From: Stegostoma tigrinum
Lineage: Eukaryota
NCBI RefSeq assembly: GCF_030684315.1
Contig: NC_081396.1
Span: forward strand, 3,968,001 to 4,032,000
Direction of reading: 5' to 3'
DNA length: 64,000 nucleotides
Each line of letters begins with the position of its first letter. The stretch's first letter is position 1. The notes under the pieces are model-generated. The model was not told the DNA's origin. It saw only the letters and a program-made list of their open reading frames with translations, and made no database searches. A program made the position numbers and the translations under genes. Of the stretch, positions 39,337 through 51,439 are shown piece after piece.

Positions 39337-42300
39337 CTATCTTCATCCCATAATCCGCCCTTTTAAACTATGGATCCGAAGGATGAACCTATGGTTAATA
39401 TAACTCTACAATGTGTTGCAATGCCTTTTGTGACTGATACTGGGGCCGCAACATCAGCACTGAATGCTTCATGTGTACAGAAATATGGGTTTAAACTCTC
39501 ACCCGCCTCAGTAAGCCTTAGTGGACATACTGGGCAGGCAAACGCATACCTTTTAACAGAACTATTGACAGTCCAATTTGGCCCTCAAATCTGTGTTATT
39601 CAATTTGCCCAGACCCTCACTTTTGGAGTTAATTGAGTGGGGAGAGATTTGTTGTACCTTCTTCAGATTGAATTTCCCTGTCTCAACGAGAGCATTAGTA
39701 CAAAAAGTGACCAGATGAAGCGACAGTTTCGGGTTCATCGATCGCCACAATGGTGGATAGTTGACTCGTCTCTCCGAAATATCACCCCTCCCCTCAGATC
39801 CCTAACCGTCATGTTACCTAGTGCTATGACACGACAGACGAGTCCTGTAAATTGGCTGCTATTTACAATCCCTATCTGGGATCAAGTTTATCTGTTATTA
39901 TTGTAGGGGATATCAAGGGAAAGGAAGAATCAGTGTTTCTGGTGGAGGTGCCACCCGAACTGTGGCACTGATCGGGCATGGTATCCCCTTACCTCATATT
40001 GACTGTGCACACCAGCTATAAGACTAAGTCCTAGGGATTTCTCGTGCACCACTTGATCCAACAGTCAGACCCAGAAGTGAAGGGTTATTCACAGCAGTTG
40101 GCTGATGCTCTCATTACGTATTATACTGACCCTTTTGTTGTCTTTGGGTCAATACATCTCCACCACCCTCGTCATAGTCCCTCTGAGGAATTTTCCGCAG
40201 ACCTGTGGTCTGCTTCCACACATGAGGTTGGATGTATTCCAGTCACCCCCATAAAAGTACAGGGCATCCCGGTAGCGCCCCTACCCTTGATACTTCAGTA
40301 CCCCTCAAACCCGAGGCAGTGGAAGGAATACCTCCCTGATCAATTAGTTCCTCTGTCAAAGTATATCGTGCCCTTGCCAAATGGCTTGCAATCCTCCATT
40401 TCTGCCTGTTCCTAGACACGTCCTCCAGGAGTGGCGACTGGTCCATGACTTCAGACAAACAAATAAGATAGTCCCACCCTGACGTCCGGTTGTCGCTAAC
40501 CCTGCCACGATCTGTCTAGCATCCCGTCGGACGCATGTGCTTTCACCATTGTGGACTTGAAAAATGCATTCTTCGCTGTTCCTTTGCATAAGAGGTCTCA
40601 GTATCTGTTTGCCCTTACATTTAAGCGCCAGCACTAGACCCGGACTCGTCTTCGCCGAGGGTTAAATCACTCGCCTACCAGCTCCAAGATCTCCCACTCT
40701 TGGATGGCTCTACACCTTTCCAATACGAGAACGATCTGCTCCTTGCAAGCCCATCATAATCCATTAATGTTGTGGATACCAACAGACTTTTAAACGCTTT
40801 CCAATCTTGGGGATATGCTGTGCCCACTGTGAAGGTTGCACGAAATCAACGGCAGGTGTAGTTCCTGGGAATTCTCCTCAGCGCCTCAAAATGAACGCTC
40901 ACCACTGAGCGCATTGCTCCTATTCTGATGAACCCTGCACACCACCCCAAAACACGTGAGGGCCGTTTTAGGCTTAGTAAAATATTGCTGACCGTGGCTC
41001 CCTCCTCACTTGCTTACTAAACTATTAGCCCCTTTGGCTTCTTTTGAACTCCCAATAAACTTCAACCTCTCGAACGAAAAACAGTCAGCCTTTGCAGACT
41101 TAAAAGCAGCCCTTGCTGCCACCCCAGCTTTGGGAAGACCTTTATATGACAGGCCATTCCAGCTATACGCTAATCGTCTGGATGGGGACGCTACTGGGGT
41201 ATTGACACAGACTCACAGCATTCACAAACGGCCCGTTGCCTCGTACTGTCCCCGTCTGGACTCTGTAGATCAGGGGTAACGCCCTTGTTCCCATATTCTT
41301 ACAGTGATTTATTCTTTCGTCACTGCAGCCTCTAATGTTACCATCCACCAGCCACTTACTGTCTATACCTCACATGCCATTGTAGCCCTCGTCGCCTCCC
41401 ACCAGACTCAACACCTTACCCAGGCTCGTTTAAGTCGCTACCAAGTCGCACTTCTTAATAGCCCCCTCTTGGCATTCTCTTTCTACTCCGCAATTAACAC
41501 AAACACCGTTTTGAGCGCCCCCACCCCCACAAGATGAATTCTTAGCACCCCCTCATGACTGCTCACTTAGGAACCAACTTCTAACATTTCTGCACCCATA
41601 CCTTACTGACTTCCTACTCCCTTCTCCGGATGTTATCCAGTTTGTTCATTGCAGATCTTCCATGTCCCCCTTGGGTCGCCCTCTCTCTGGATACACAATT
41701 GTCGATGCCACCTTCACATTAGAATCACTGGTGTTTGAGCCGCCTGTGTCTGCTCAGAAAGCAGAACATTTTGCCCTGACCTGTGCTTGCATCCTAACCT
41801 CAGGGAAGTCAGTGAATATTTACACTGACGCTTGCTATGCCTTTGGAGTCTCCCACCACTTTAGCCACTGATGGTATCAGTGTGGGTTTTTACCATTCTC
41901 AGGTTCACCCATCCAGAATTCCCTGTTTATAAAAAAACCTTCTCCAGGCAATCCTCCTTCCTAAACAAGTGGCTATTATCAAATGTGCTGCCCATACTTT
42001 TGATGATTCCATAGTTACACAAGGCAACAGTAGGGCTGATTAGACGGCGAAACAGGCTACTGCAGATCAAGCTTTTATAATGCACTCTATGAACAAGCAG
42101 GAGGTAAACTGAATGCCTCCTTCGGACAAGGTGGGCATGCCAGATATAGTCAATGTTCAGCACATGCAGTGGGATGTCCCTGCTTCCGAAAAGGAAATTT
42201 GAAAGTTGCATGTATGTTCACATTTTGCGTCTTCAGGCATTTGGATTACCCTCGTCTGCCAACTGTGTATACCTTTTGATTTGTTACGAATGCTTGTTGA

Positions 42301-43325
42301 CTGTCTGCATTCTGACACTCACGTTGGCAAGGAGGGAATGAGAAGTATTATGCTCCGTACCTTTTGGCACTCTCAACTGGCTGAGGCAGCTCCCCAGGCT
42401 CAAAGAACATCATGTTTAACATGCCAGCAAAACAATGTTGGTCAGGCGGTGACATGCCCACCAGGAAAGAAAAAAAAAAAAACAGGTGGACCGGTTGAAT
42501 GCATTTAGCTAGATTTTATTGAATTGCCGAGTGTAAATAATATGTGTGTTGTTGTGCCATTGCAGATTCATGCAGTAGGTGGATAGAGGCTTGCGAAATG
42601 ACAAACAACAAAGCTTCCACAGTAGTGAAGTTATCATTGGCTGAAATAATACCGAGGTTTGGAGCGTCTCACCAAATTAGTTCAGACAATGGCACTCACT
42701 TTGTAGGAGAGGTAAATAAGGAACTGTGTGATGCGTTATGCATCCTGCAGCGATTCCCCTGTCCATACCACCACCGGGCAACAGGGATAGTGGAAAGAGA
42801 TAATGGAATGCTCAAAGCAAAATTGGCCAAGTTGACGTTAGAGACCAGCCTTAACTGGTTAAAAGTTTTGCCACCAGCTTTGCACCACACGCAAATAACA
42901 CCCCATTCTATTACTGGACTCTCGTCAGCAGAGGTAGTCTCTGGTCGACACAGCAGAACACTCTGGGATGCCAACACCAGCCCACCCAACCAAATTGCCT
43001 TGAATATGATGGGAGAAGAAATGCAAAGGCACTTCCAGCAATGAACATGTCTCAAAAGTTTCTCCATTCACATTTGAAGTATGCCTTTGGACCACCTCTG
43101 CAGACACCAGACCAAGACCTGAAGGACCAGAATCGCTCTTCATGACCAAAGATCGGAGATTTCATTTTTGCCTGAGACTAGGATCGCCCTGAGCGCGGAG
43201 GGAGGTGGAAGGGGACACTTCAGGTGCTTCTTCAAATTCCAACACCTCTTTAAGTTAAAAGACAGAATCGCTGGATCCACCTCAGTAACTGCAAACGATG
43301 TGTTCCGTCATCAGGCTGCAATTAA
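39337..43325 (+). pseudogene. pol: ERV copy 2 pro-pol (disrupted)
   Basis: FVTDTGA protease, VDLKNAFF, QYENDLL, SAQKAE, NIYTDACYAF, HSDTHVG..CLTC (HHCC), SSDNGTHF, GIVERDN. Confidence 0.93.
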
Positions 43326-43333
43326 CTTTTGGA

Positions 43334-44690
43334 ATGAGGATTATTCTGACAGTGCATGGCCAGCAGGACAATCTGTTTTATAGAACACACATCCAGCTGC
43401 ATGGAATTTGGATAGCGTGTTACCCGCTACATGGTCCGTAAAGGCATTATTTGTGGCAACAGCAGGCTGGAACCATAACCAGCTCTGTCAAGTAGAGTAT
43501 TCTTGTAAAACTTGCAGAGGGGAGAGGGGAACTTGGACGAGAGGTCTGTAGGGTAGGTGTGTGGAATTAATAGGTAATGACCCCTCACACTGTATGAGCA
43601 TCAAACCTCGGAATTGGAAGGAAGGGGCTAACTGGACCAATCCGAATAGCTATCTCTTTTGCTTCTATGGAACTGGGACTTGTTGTGTGCATGCTGTAGT
43701 CATTAATCATCCCCAAAATATTTCCTGGCCCGATTGGTGAGTAAAAGAAACTGCACAACTAAAGGAGGACTGTTGAACTACCCCAGTTTAGAATCTATGC
43801 CAATAACTATGACCCCGGACATTCAGTGGATTTGTGGGGATCTTAATAGCACCCATGTAGGAACGAAACACGGGACGTTTCCATTTAACACCACAGGCTT
43901 CCATCCATATAAGGGTCAGTCCTCCTGAATACCTATCAAGGAATACTTGAATCTGTGATCTGCTACCAGGCTAAGAAGGGATTCATTTTCCTGCTTAACA
44001 GGAAATTCTCGACTGCCACTCAAATTTTCCCGGTGCTGTTTGCTGTTGGGACCATTGGGCCTATATCGTTCCCTTGTCCCCAAAGACCATTGACTCTACA
44101 GTGAATTGTCACACGCTTCCTGAGCCGAGAGTCATGTCTGCATGGCAGGACCTGATTGCTTTGGGCACGTCCTTGATTTCTGGCTTCCTGGGAACTGTGA
44201 GCTTGGGATGGTCCCGCGGGGTCGGGGGCGCACATAATCCAAAATTACCTTATATGTGGACTCACCACCCTGGGAAGCAGCACAATGAAAGCATTGTAGG
44301 CAGTGTACCAATAATTATCCGAACTTCAGGTCTATCCTCAGCAAACCCGGTATGCAATGGATGATCAACTTTCTCAGCAAAGAGGAGTATGTATTATCCA
44401 AGAGGACAAGTGTATGACCCATGTTACCGAATGAGTCCGAAAATATTACCCACGCTATGCAAGCCATACGGGGCACTTGGAACAGTTCAGAGAGGGATCC
44501 TGACCGTGGTTGGGTGGAGGGTTATTGGGATGGCTTATTGCCAGTTCTTGGGGCTCATACCTGTTACGTGGGTTAGTTATTCTAAAAGTTGTCATAGCTG
44601 TTTGCAACATGTTTATGTTGTGCCTGAACTCTTGCCACACACATGCATTTGATGGACGAGCAGTTCTCTTCTTGGCCCCAACATAGATTA
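43334..44690 (+). pseudogene. env: ERV copy 2 env remnant
   Basis: MRIILTV start, Cys-rich SU-like stretch, fusion-peptide-like WQDLIALGTSLISGFLG, and QQRGVCIIQEDKCMTHV (ISD/Cys-loop-like). Confidence 0.72.
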
Positions 44691-44714
44691 TCATGAAATG
44701 ATAAAAGAAGGGAA

Positions 44715-45406
44715 TGAGATATTACTGGGATAAAGTCACATTGATTTTCTATATTTTCGAGAAATTAATGGTCTTTATCTGCTTAACCAGAGGTATGCAG
44801 ACACCGCCTTAAAACTTCCTGCACGACTAGAATTAGGTGGAAAACTTTGTAAATCCTTATCTTCCTACGCATAAGTAGAAAAGCACTGCCTTAAGCTTCC
44901 TGACTGAACAGAATTCGGTATAAATATTTTAAGTCTTTATCTTCCTACACAGGGGTATATGGAAACTGTCTCAAATAAGGTGAGACGGGCAGCATTTGTC
45001 GACATGTGAGACTTCTGAAATCCTCTGAAGAATGTCACATTTGTTCCTGTGTAAGGGGCCAGGGCTCTGACTTTTGTTCAAGCCAGACACTTCAGCGGTT
45101 TGAAATTACATTCTTTCGCTTCAGCAACTTGAAATCGCCTCCTCCTATGAGCAGTCACTTCATGAATGCTCAATACTGTATCCTTCTCTCTTTATGTTTA
45201 TGTTGCAGTAATTGATTGTGTATCATGTCATTGTCTGTATAAAAAGAGGGAATTGTCCGCTGCTCGGGGAAAATCACTTACGAGAATCTGCACTCGGTGC
45301 CAGGTTGAGTACAGTGATCCTCCACGGATTGTACTTTCTTTGTAATAAAGAATTTGTGTCTTTTCTAAACTAGCTTGTGTCTTGCTATTGCATCAATTCC
45401 GTGACA
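44715..45406 (+). mobile_element. ERV 3' LTR
   Basis: Preceded by polypurine tract aaaagaagggaa (44703-44714); TATAAAA at 45238, AATAAA at 45344; ends ...ccgtgaCA. Exact start is 44715 or 44720. Confidence 0.82.
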
Positions 45407-46519
45407 GTATCTGAAAATGAGCAGGATAACAAATGGTCCCTATTATCAGTATTTCTTGCTCCCCAGCTCACCATTATGCACATTTTTCACTGTCCAACTG
45501 CTGTTCTCATGGAGTTCCATCTCCACCTGTCTCCATCTTACTAAATGCAACCATCTAAAACCACCCCGCATTCCCCTTTCTTTAGCATACGGACCTCTAT
45601 TTCCAGCTGCAGTTGGCTTTGAAGAGCATCAATGGACCAGAAAGATTGAGCCTGTTTAATTTCCAAAGATGCTATCAGAACCGCTTAGCTTCACAATCGA
45701 TTTTTATTTCTGCATTTTTTGATTTTTTTTAGAATGACAACACTGCTGTCTATGTGCTTATTTCTATAATCCAGTACTTCAATTATTTCATGATGTTACC
45801 TCATTTCAATAAGAGATACTGAAATACTTCCTTCATACCCACAGGCATTCATCTTTTTAAGGCCACCAACAGAAAGTTCCAATTTTCTCCTGGAGTGTCA
45901 GGCAAATTGGGTTTCCAAACAAGGCAGAATATCAATCAATGAGCGATACATGGAGCCAGCCTCACACTTTATGTACCCGAATAGTGGAAAAACAGTCTTT
46001 GGCTCTTATCCCTCTTCCCACTCAGCTCTTCCACTTGGTATGAAGCTGCTATCGATCATCCAAACCCCACGCTGACTTGCAGCATGTGCAGCGGGGTGAA
46101 AGTAAAGCCTCGAAAATGTGAGGGAGAAATGAGGCTATTCGTTGAATGAAAAGTTTCAGTAACATCCAAGGGAGGTCGCCAGGCCAGATTGTCAATATGC
46201 CACTGCTTTCAGGGGTAGAGTTTGTCAAGAAGAGAAGAGCTGGAATCTCCTGGGTGAGATCTGAGACCCCAAATAAGAGCATCTGAGTTCGCGAGTGTAT
46301 TGCGTGGGGCTTACTGGCGGCTATCATGCTGGGAACACCGCCAAATGCCTTTTTGTGAGTCAAACTTCTTATTTTGTGTCAGCTTCTGGCGTGAGCAGGA
46401 GTTTGCTAAATTCACTCTGAGACACCTGAATAAGTTTAGACAGGGTGTGTGTGGCATCTGTCAGTCTCAAGCGACCATGGATCTGTGCCTGGAGAGTTTT
46501 TGTTCAGCTGCTGTTGAGA

Positions 46520-47920
46520 GTACTGCATCTGTCGTGGTTGTACAGGTCCACACGGGAGTGACAGTCTTGGTTGCAGTGACTGCATTTGAAGACAAGCTCC
46601 TCCAGTGTTGCCGTGTTGCTGTCTTTCCATCGAGTGTGCTTTTCCTCAGCGTCAAGCCTCCGTTTCTCCTATCGTCGCTCCAGCCCTCTGTGTAGTTCCC
46701 GCCTCCAGCATGAGCAATCATTTGTGACATCTCTCGAAGTCCAGGTTCATTGACTTCATGTCCCTTTTGCAGACGTGTTTGAGACGAAGATGAGGTCGTC
46801 CTCGTCCTCTCTTGCTGATGGCCAATTCCCCATACAGCACAATTTTTGGGATCCTCCCGTATGGCATATGATGCATGTGACCCAACCTGTGGAGGCGATG
46901 TTGTTGGAGTAGGGTAAAGATGCTGGGTACCTGGGCACGGGTGAGGACTTAGGTGTTGGTGACTCGGTCGGTCAACTTGATGTCCAGAATGTGTCTCAGG
47001 CTGCAAAGGTGAAAAACATTGAGACACCGCTCTTGACTGGAGTAGAAGCTCCAAGTCTCGCTGCCGAAAAGTGGTGTGATGAGGATGCACATCCAGTAGA
47101 TTGTAATCTTGGTGTTCATAGTCACCTTTTTGTTCTCCCAGGCTCTCTTGGCCAGCCTGGCGAATATGGAGGCTGCACATCCAATCCGTCAGTTGATCTT
47201 GGAGTCCAGGGAGAGACTGTCTGTGATGGTGGAACCGAGGTATGTGAATTCGTGGACTACTTCCAGCTCGTAGTTGTTGATGATGATGATAGAGGGGTAC
47301 TCAACGCCTTGACCCAGCACTTTGGTCTTCTTCAGGTTTAAATTTCTGGCAGTCTTTTGAGAGGTAGTCCATAACGAGCTGCAGTTGCTCTTCAGTATGT
47401 GGTGCCAACCCTGCCTCGTCTGCAAACAACATGTCTCCAATGAGCCCTTCACAAACCTTGGATTTTGCCCTCAGCCAGGACAGTCAAAACAGCCTTCTGC
47501 CTGATCCGTTGTGGAGGTAGGCACCATTAAGTAATGTTGCAAACACGTGTTTCAGCATGACTGCGAAGAAGATGCCAAACAGGGTGGCGGCAAGCACGCA
47601 GCCCTGCTTCACACCGCTGTGGATGTTGAAAGACCCCGAAGAAGAGTCATCATATTTAACAACGCTTTTCATGGCCGTGTAAAATGATTGGACTATTCTG
47701 AGGAGTCTCGGAAGACAACTAATACTGGCGAGGATTTCGAACAAGCTGTCTCTGCTTGCAAGGTCGAATGCCTTCGTGAGATCAATGAAAGCGACACAGA
47801 GTAGTTGTTCTTTGCTCTCGGCATTTCTCCTGTAGCTGTCAGCGGGAGAAGATCACATCAGTTGTGGAGCGTTCTGACCTGAAACCGCACTGGGATTTGG
47901 TGTATATTCGTTCAGCGAGT
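46520..47920 (-). mobile_element. RTE-clade LINE, 3' half, degenerate
   Basis: GFRSERSTTD, AFIDLTKAFD, GVKQGCVLA..LFGIFF, NLKKTKVL and LEVVHEFTYLGSTI are typical RTE ORF2 motifs. Confidence 0.9.
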
Positions 47921-48624
47921 TTAGACTATGAGCCATAAAAACAGGAAAAGGGAGTGAGCGTGACATTAAAAAAAAACACAGTCATAGTGTTTAAATAAAC
48001 GCAAATGAATCGGTAAATTGGTAGGGACGGAGAAGGAACATTCAATATGTCAGTGACCTGGCGAGAAAATCATTGCTCCTTGACTTACTTTTCAGTTTGT
48101 CGACAAGCAAGAGAATTGAACCCAAACATGGGGCATGACTGGAAAACACTGAGATTTGAGGAAAAAAATAGTGGAAATCGATTTGTATCTCAATCCACGG
48201 GAACTAGCATTGACTCATGAGTCGTCTTTTTTTTTAAACCTGTGCTTAGATTGAAGTCTTTTGTAAACTCCTTTTATAGACTAATGCAAGTTTCAGATGG
48301 AAACACAAACCGAACAATGCAACAAAATTTGATAATCAACTGCGTTATCTGCGCCTGAATGTCACTGATCTTTACATATAATACGAGAAATATTCGTCTG
48401 TTCTGTCTGTGCGAAAACAGTTCAAAAATCAGCAATTTCTGTGAGGCACAATGCAATTCAGTGTGAGTTTTCCAAAACACTAAATGTGGAAAGGCTTTTA
48501 ACTAGCGACTTTTTTTGGTAAAAATCGTTATGCTATTGACGTTTCCAGGAAATTAAGTCTTCTCTTTATGTATGAGACATCAACTGATCATCCAAACTAC
48601 AGAGACAAGAGAACACGAACAAAA

Positions 48625-49050
48625 TTGAGAAACTATGGTAATGTAAGAATTATGGGAGAGTATTCAATTATCCAGCCAGGTTAATAAAGCATGACCACAG
48701 TCAGAAGGAGATCAGCACCACAGAATATTCATGGATATGTGCGCACTGCAGTCAAGAATTCAATAGCTATTCTTTTCTGGGATATTCACACAGCGATATG
48801 AGGGTGAAGTCCTTTACTTGCTCCGTGTGTGATGGAATATATTAAGTCCACCAGCCTGCTGCCAGATGTGTGGACTCACAATTAAGATAAGCCATTCTGC
48901 TGCATTGCCTGTGGACGAAGGTCCAGGTAGTCATGTAAGATCATTACATTCATTGGAATTGGAGAGAGGCCATTCACCTGCTCCGCATGTGAGAGAGGTT
49001 CATTCAGTCATCCAGTCTGCTGAGGATCATTCCTGAATATGTGCACAACT
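48625..49050 (+). pseudogene. Decayed C2H2 zinc-finger array
   Basis: Remnants KSFTCSVC, DKPFCCIACG and GERPFTCSACERG..QSSSLL; many stops. Confidence 0.75.
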
Positions 49051-50717
49051 CAGAGAATGTACCATGGCATGTCAAGAGCAAAAAATGCGTTTCTTCATAA
49101 ATATCACTGGTGGGAAAACATACAACAAATTATGTTAAACGGAAAAATTAAAACTCTTATCTCACCTGGAAAACTGCGTACAGTTTTACGGTTTTTTGTG
49201 AAAGAATGGAAAGTCAGGAGGCGGAGTCATGACGAAATCACAACGCTGTTCTCGGGATGATGCATATCACTGACTTTGCAAAGTCGGGCCTATTCTCCTC
49301 TGAAGAGCAATAATTTTCAATTTGGTTGAATTCCTTAAAATGCTGATGCGTTTCAGTAGAGCTGGATAGGGAGAAACTGCTTCCATTGAAGAAGAACTGT
49401 AAACATTCAGGCGCTGGTCAAATATAATTGGCAATAGGAACAACTCAAAATTAGATAAAGTGAAGCTTATTTTAATGCAGTGAAAATTGCAAACTGCGCT
49501 GTGACGTGGGGATTATTCGGGGAATTCAGAAGTATTATTGCCTGGCGAGATGCTTGGAAAGAATAGTTGTGATTGATCAGCAACGATGTCGGTGTCGGTA
49601 AAAAAAAAACAAAGAAGCCTGACCAAGCATCTCCCATATTGAGCAGCACAGCTTCTGTTGTCAGTTTCGACATAATGTTTTGTTTCCTATCAATGCCTTT
49701 GTTATTTCGAATTCCACACTGTAATTCTGCCTGTGCATTTCTTTCAGACTCTTTGCACATTTAAAAATTCCTGCGCCGGTGAAAGTATTTGACTCTTGCT
49801 CGAACAGTTTGGAAGTGTCTCTCTGTGTACCCAATTTAATTCAATAAGCACTTTTTTTTTTCTTTTTTGAATTTGTACGTGTGTAATGTTTGTATGTATT
49901 TAAGTTGACCACTAATCTCTTGCTGCTATATAAGATTCAATTTTAAAGATTAAGTGGTAATTATTTGAAAATTATGGAAGTGCTGGAAATAATTACCTAG
50001 CTTTTGGTGCTCCAGGCAGACCATGATATCAGATCTGGTCGAGGAAAATCTTCAACGGTTGGTATTTTGAAACAGCAGTTTTTTAAAAAGAAATTCGTAT
50101 TACACGTGTAGCTCCCAGAATATGTAAAATTTAACGAGTGGAGAAAGATTCAGTGTGTCCAGAACAGGCAGTTTCCAGACTCTGAGAACGATTCATTTTA
50201 GTGGTGCTGAATTATGTCTTGTGCCACTCAGGTCTCAGTGTGCCTGTATTCTTGACTGAACGTGATATGTGTGGCTGATGAACATTTAATTGGGCATGTT
50301 AGGTCGAAATGTATCCGTTGAAAACTCATGGTCTAACGATGTTGGATGTATTGTGGTTTTAGACAGAATCGAGTGAACTTTCTAACTCCATTGCCTGTTT
50401 TTAGCAGCTTCTTGGTCGAACAACAGTCGTGATGTTTTACAATGACTTCAAAAACGGTTGTGAACTTCTTGCGATCTCATCATTCTGCCTGTGGATTATG
50501 CCATCAGACATATCAAGTGAAAGATGAGTTTACATTAATGAGCCACAAGCTCATGAAGCATTAACAGAAATGAATGCATGAAACAGAATCAGACATAAGT
50601 GTAAAGCGTTTGGCCAGGATCGGAGCTGAGTGGACAAACGTGGGAAAATCTATCATTACCGATGTCCCTTGAAGAAAGAATTAAGCAATTTCAAGTGTCG
50701 TGCATATCCATTCCAGT

Positions 50718-50723
50718 TTTATT
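50718..50723 (-). promoter_or_regulatory. Candidate polyadenylation signal for membrane IgM mRNA
   Basis: AATAAA on the minus strand about 440 nt downstream of the TM2 stop. Confidence 0.5.
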
Positions 50724-51164
50724 GACCGTTTCATACAGATTGTTATGGAAATATTTGTGTTAAGTTTACCAAAAATTAACATAATGACTGGATGCCACAT
50801 TGAGATGATAAGTCACGAGCTCTGAGCTCTGAATTTAATGCTCATTGGTAACAGTCGCCAGAAAAAGAAAATGCGGTCTCAACATAAATGAGAGGCACTG
50901 TTCTGAACAAGGAATAACAACAACAAAAACACAAATTGACTTCAAACAATTGAGAAGCTACAAATTATTACAACAATAAAAATCTTGATGTTATCAAACA
51001 AGTTAAATTGAAAAACCCATCGAATATTTGCTCAGTGACACACTGATAAACTGAAATTATCTCACTGCTAGTGTCAACAACAGGACTGATTGCACATTTG
51101 GAATTCAGTGGCCTCGATAACCATAAAATTTCTTCGAGGAAATTCTTTGGGTTCCAAAATTCAT

Positions 51165-51173
51165 TCACTTGAC
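51165..51173 (-). CDS. IGHM: IgM heavy chain TM2 exon coding part (V-K-stop)
   Basis: Acceptor ttctttttcag|GTC AAG TGA completes the conserved KVK cytoplasmic tail. Confidence 0.9.
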   Translation of the reverse strand, partial: VK

Positions 51174-51311
51174 CTGAAAAAGAATGATTACGAAATGATT
51201 TAGGTGTTTATGATCAGAGAATTCAAGTTTTAGTTTTAACTCAATGACACACTTCGCCATTTCACAAGGTGCAATGGTCTGGTGGAGTGTGAATGATTTC
51301 ATTATTCTCAC

Positions 51312-51439
51312 CTTCACCAGAGTGACAGCAGCACTATAGAAAATGCTCAGGAAGAACAAGGTGATAAATGTAGAAGCAGTCGTCCATATGTTGCCGTTAT
51401 CATCCTCAAAGTCTTCAATCCAATTGTGATCTTTCAAAT
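51312..51439 (-). CDS. IGHM: IgM heavy chain TM1 exon
   Basis: (D)LKDHNWIEDFEDDNGNIWTTASTFITLFFLSIFYSAAVTLVK contains the conserved Ig TM (CART) motif; flanked by ag| and |gtgaga. Confidence 0.95.

Noticed and set aside
30296-45412. Treating 30300-45406 as one provirus with datable LTR pair and target-site duplication
   Set aside because: No matching TSD was found, and the two LTRs belong to different duplicated copies.
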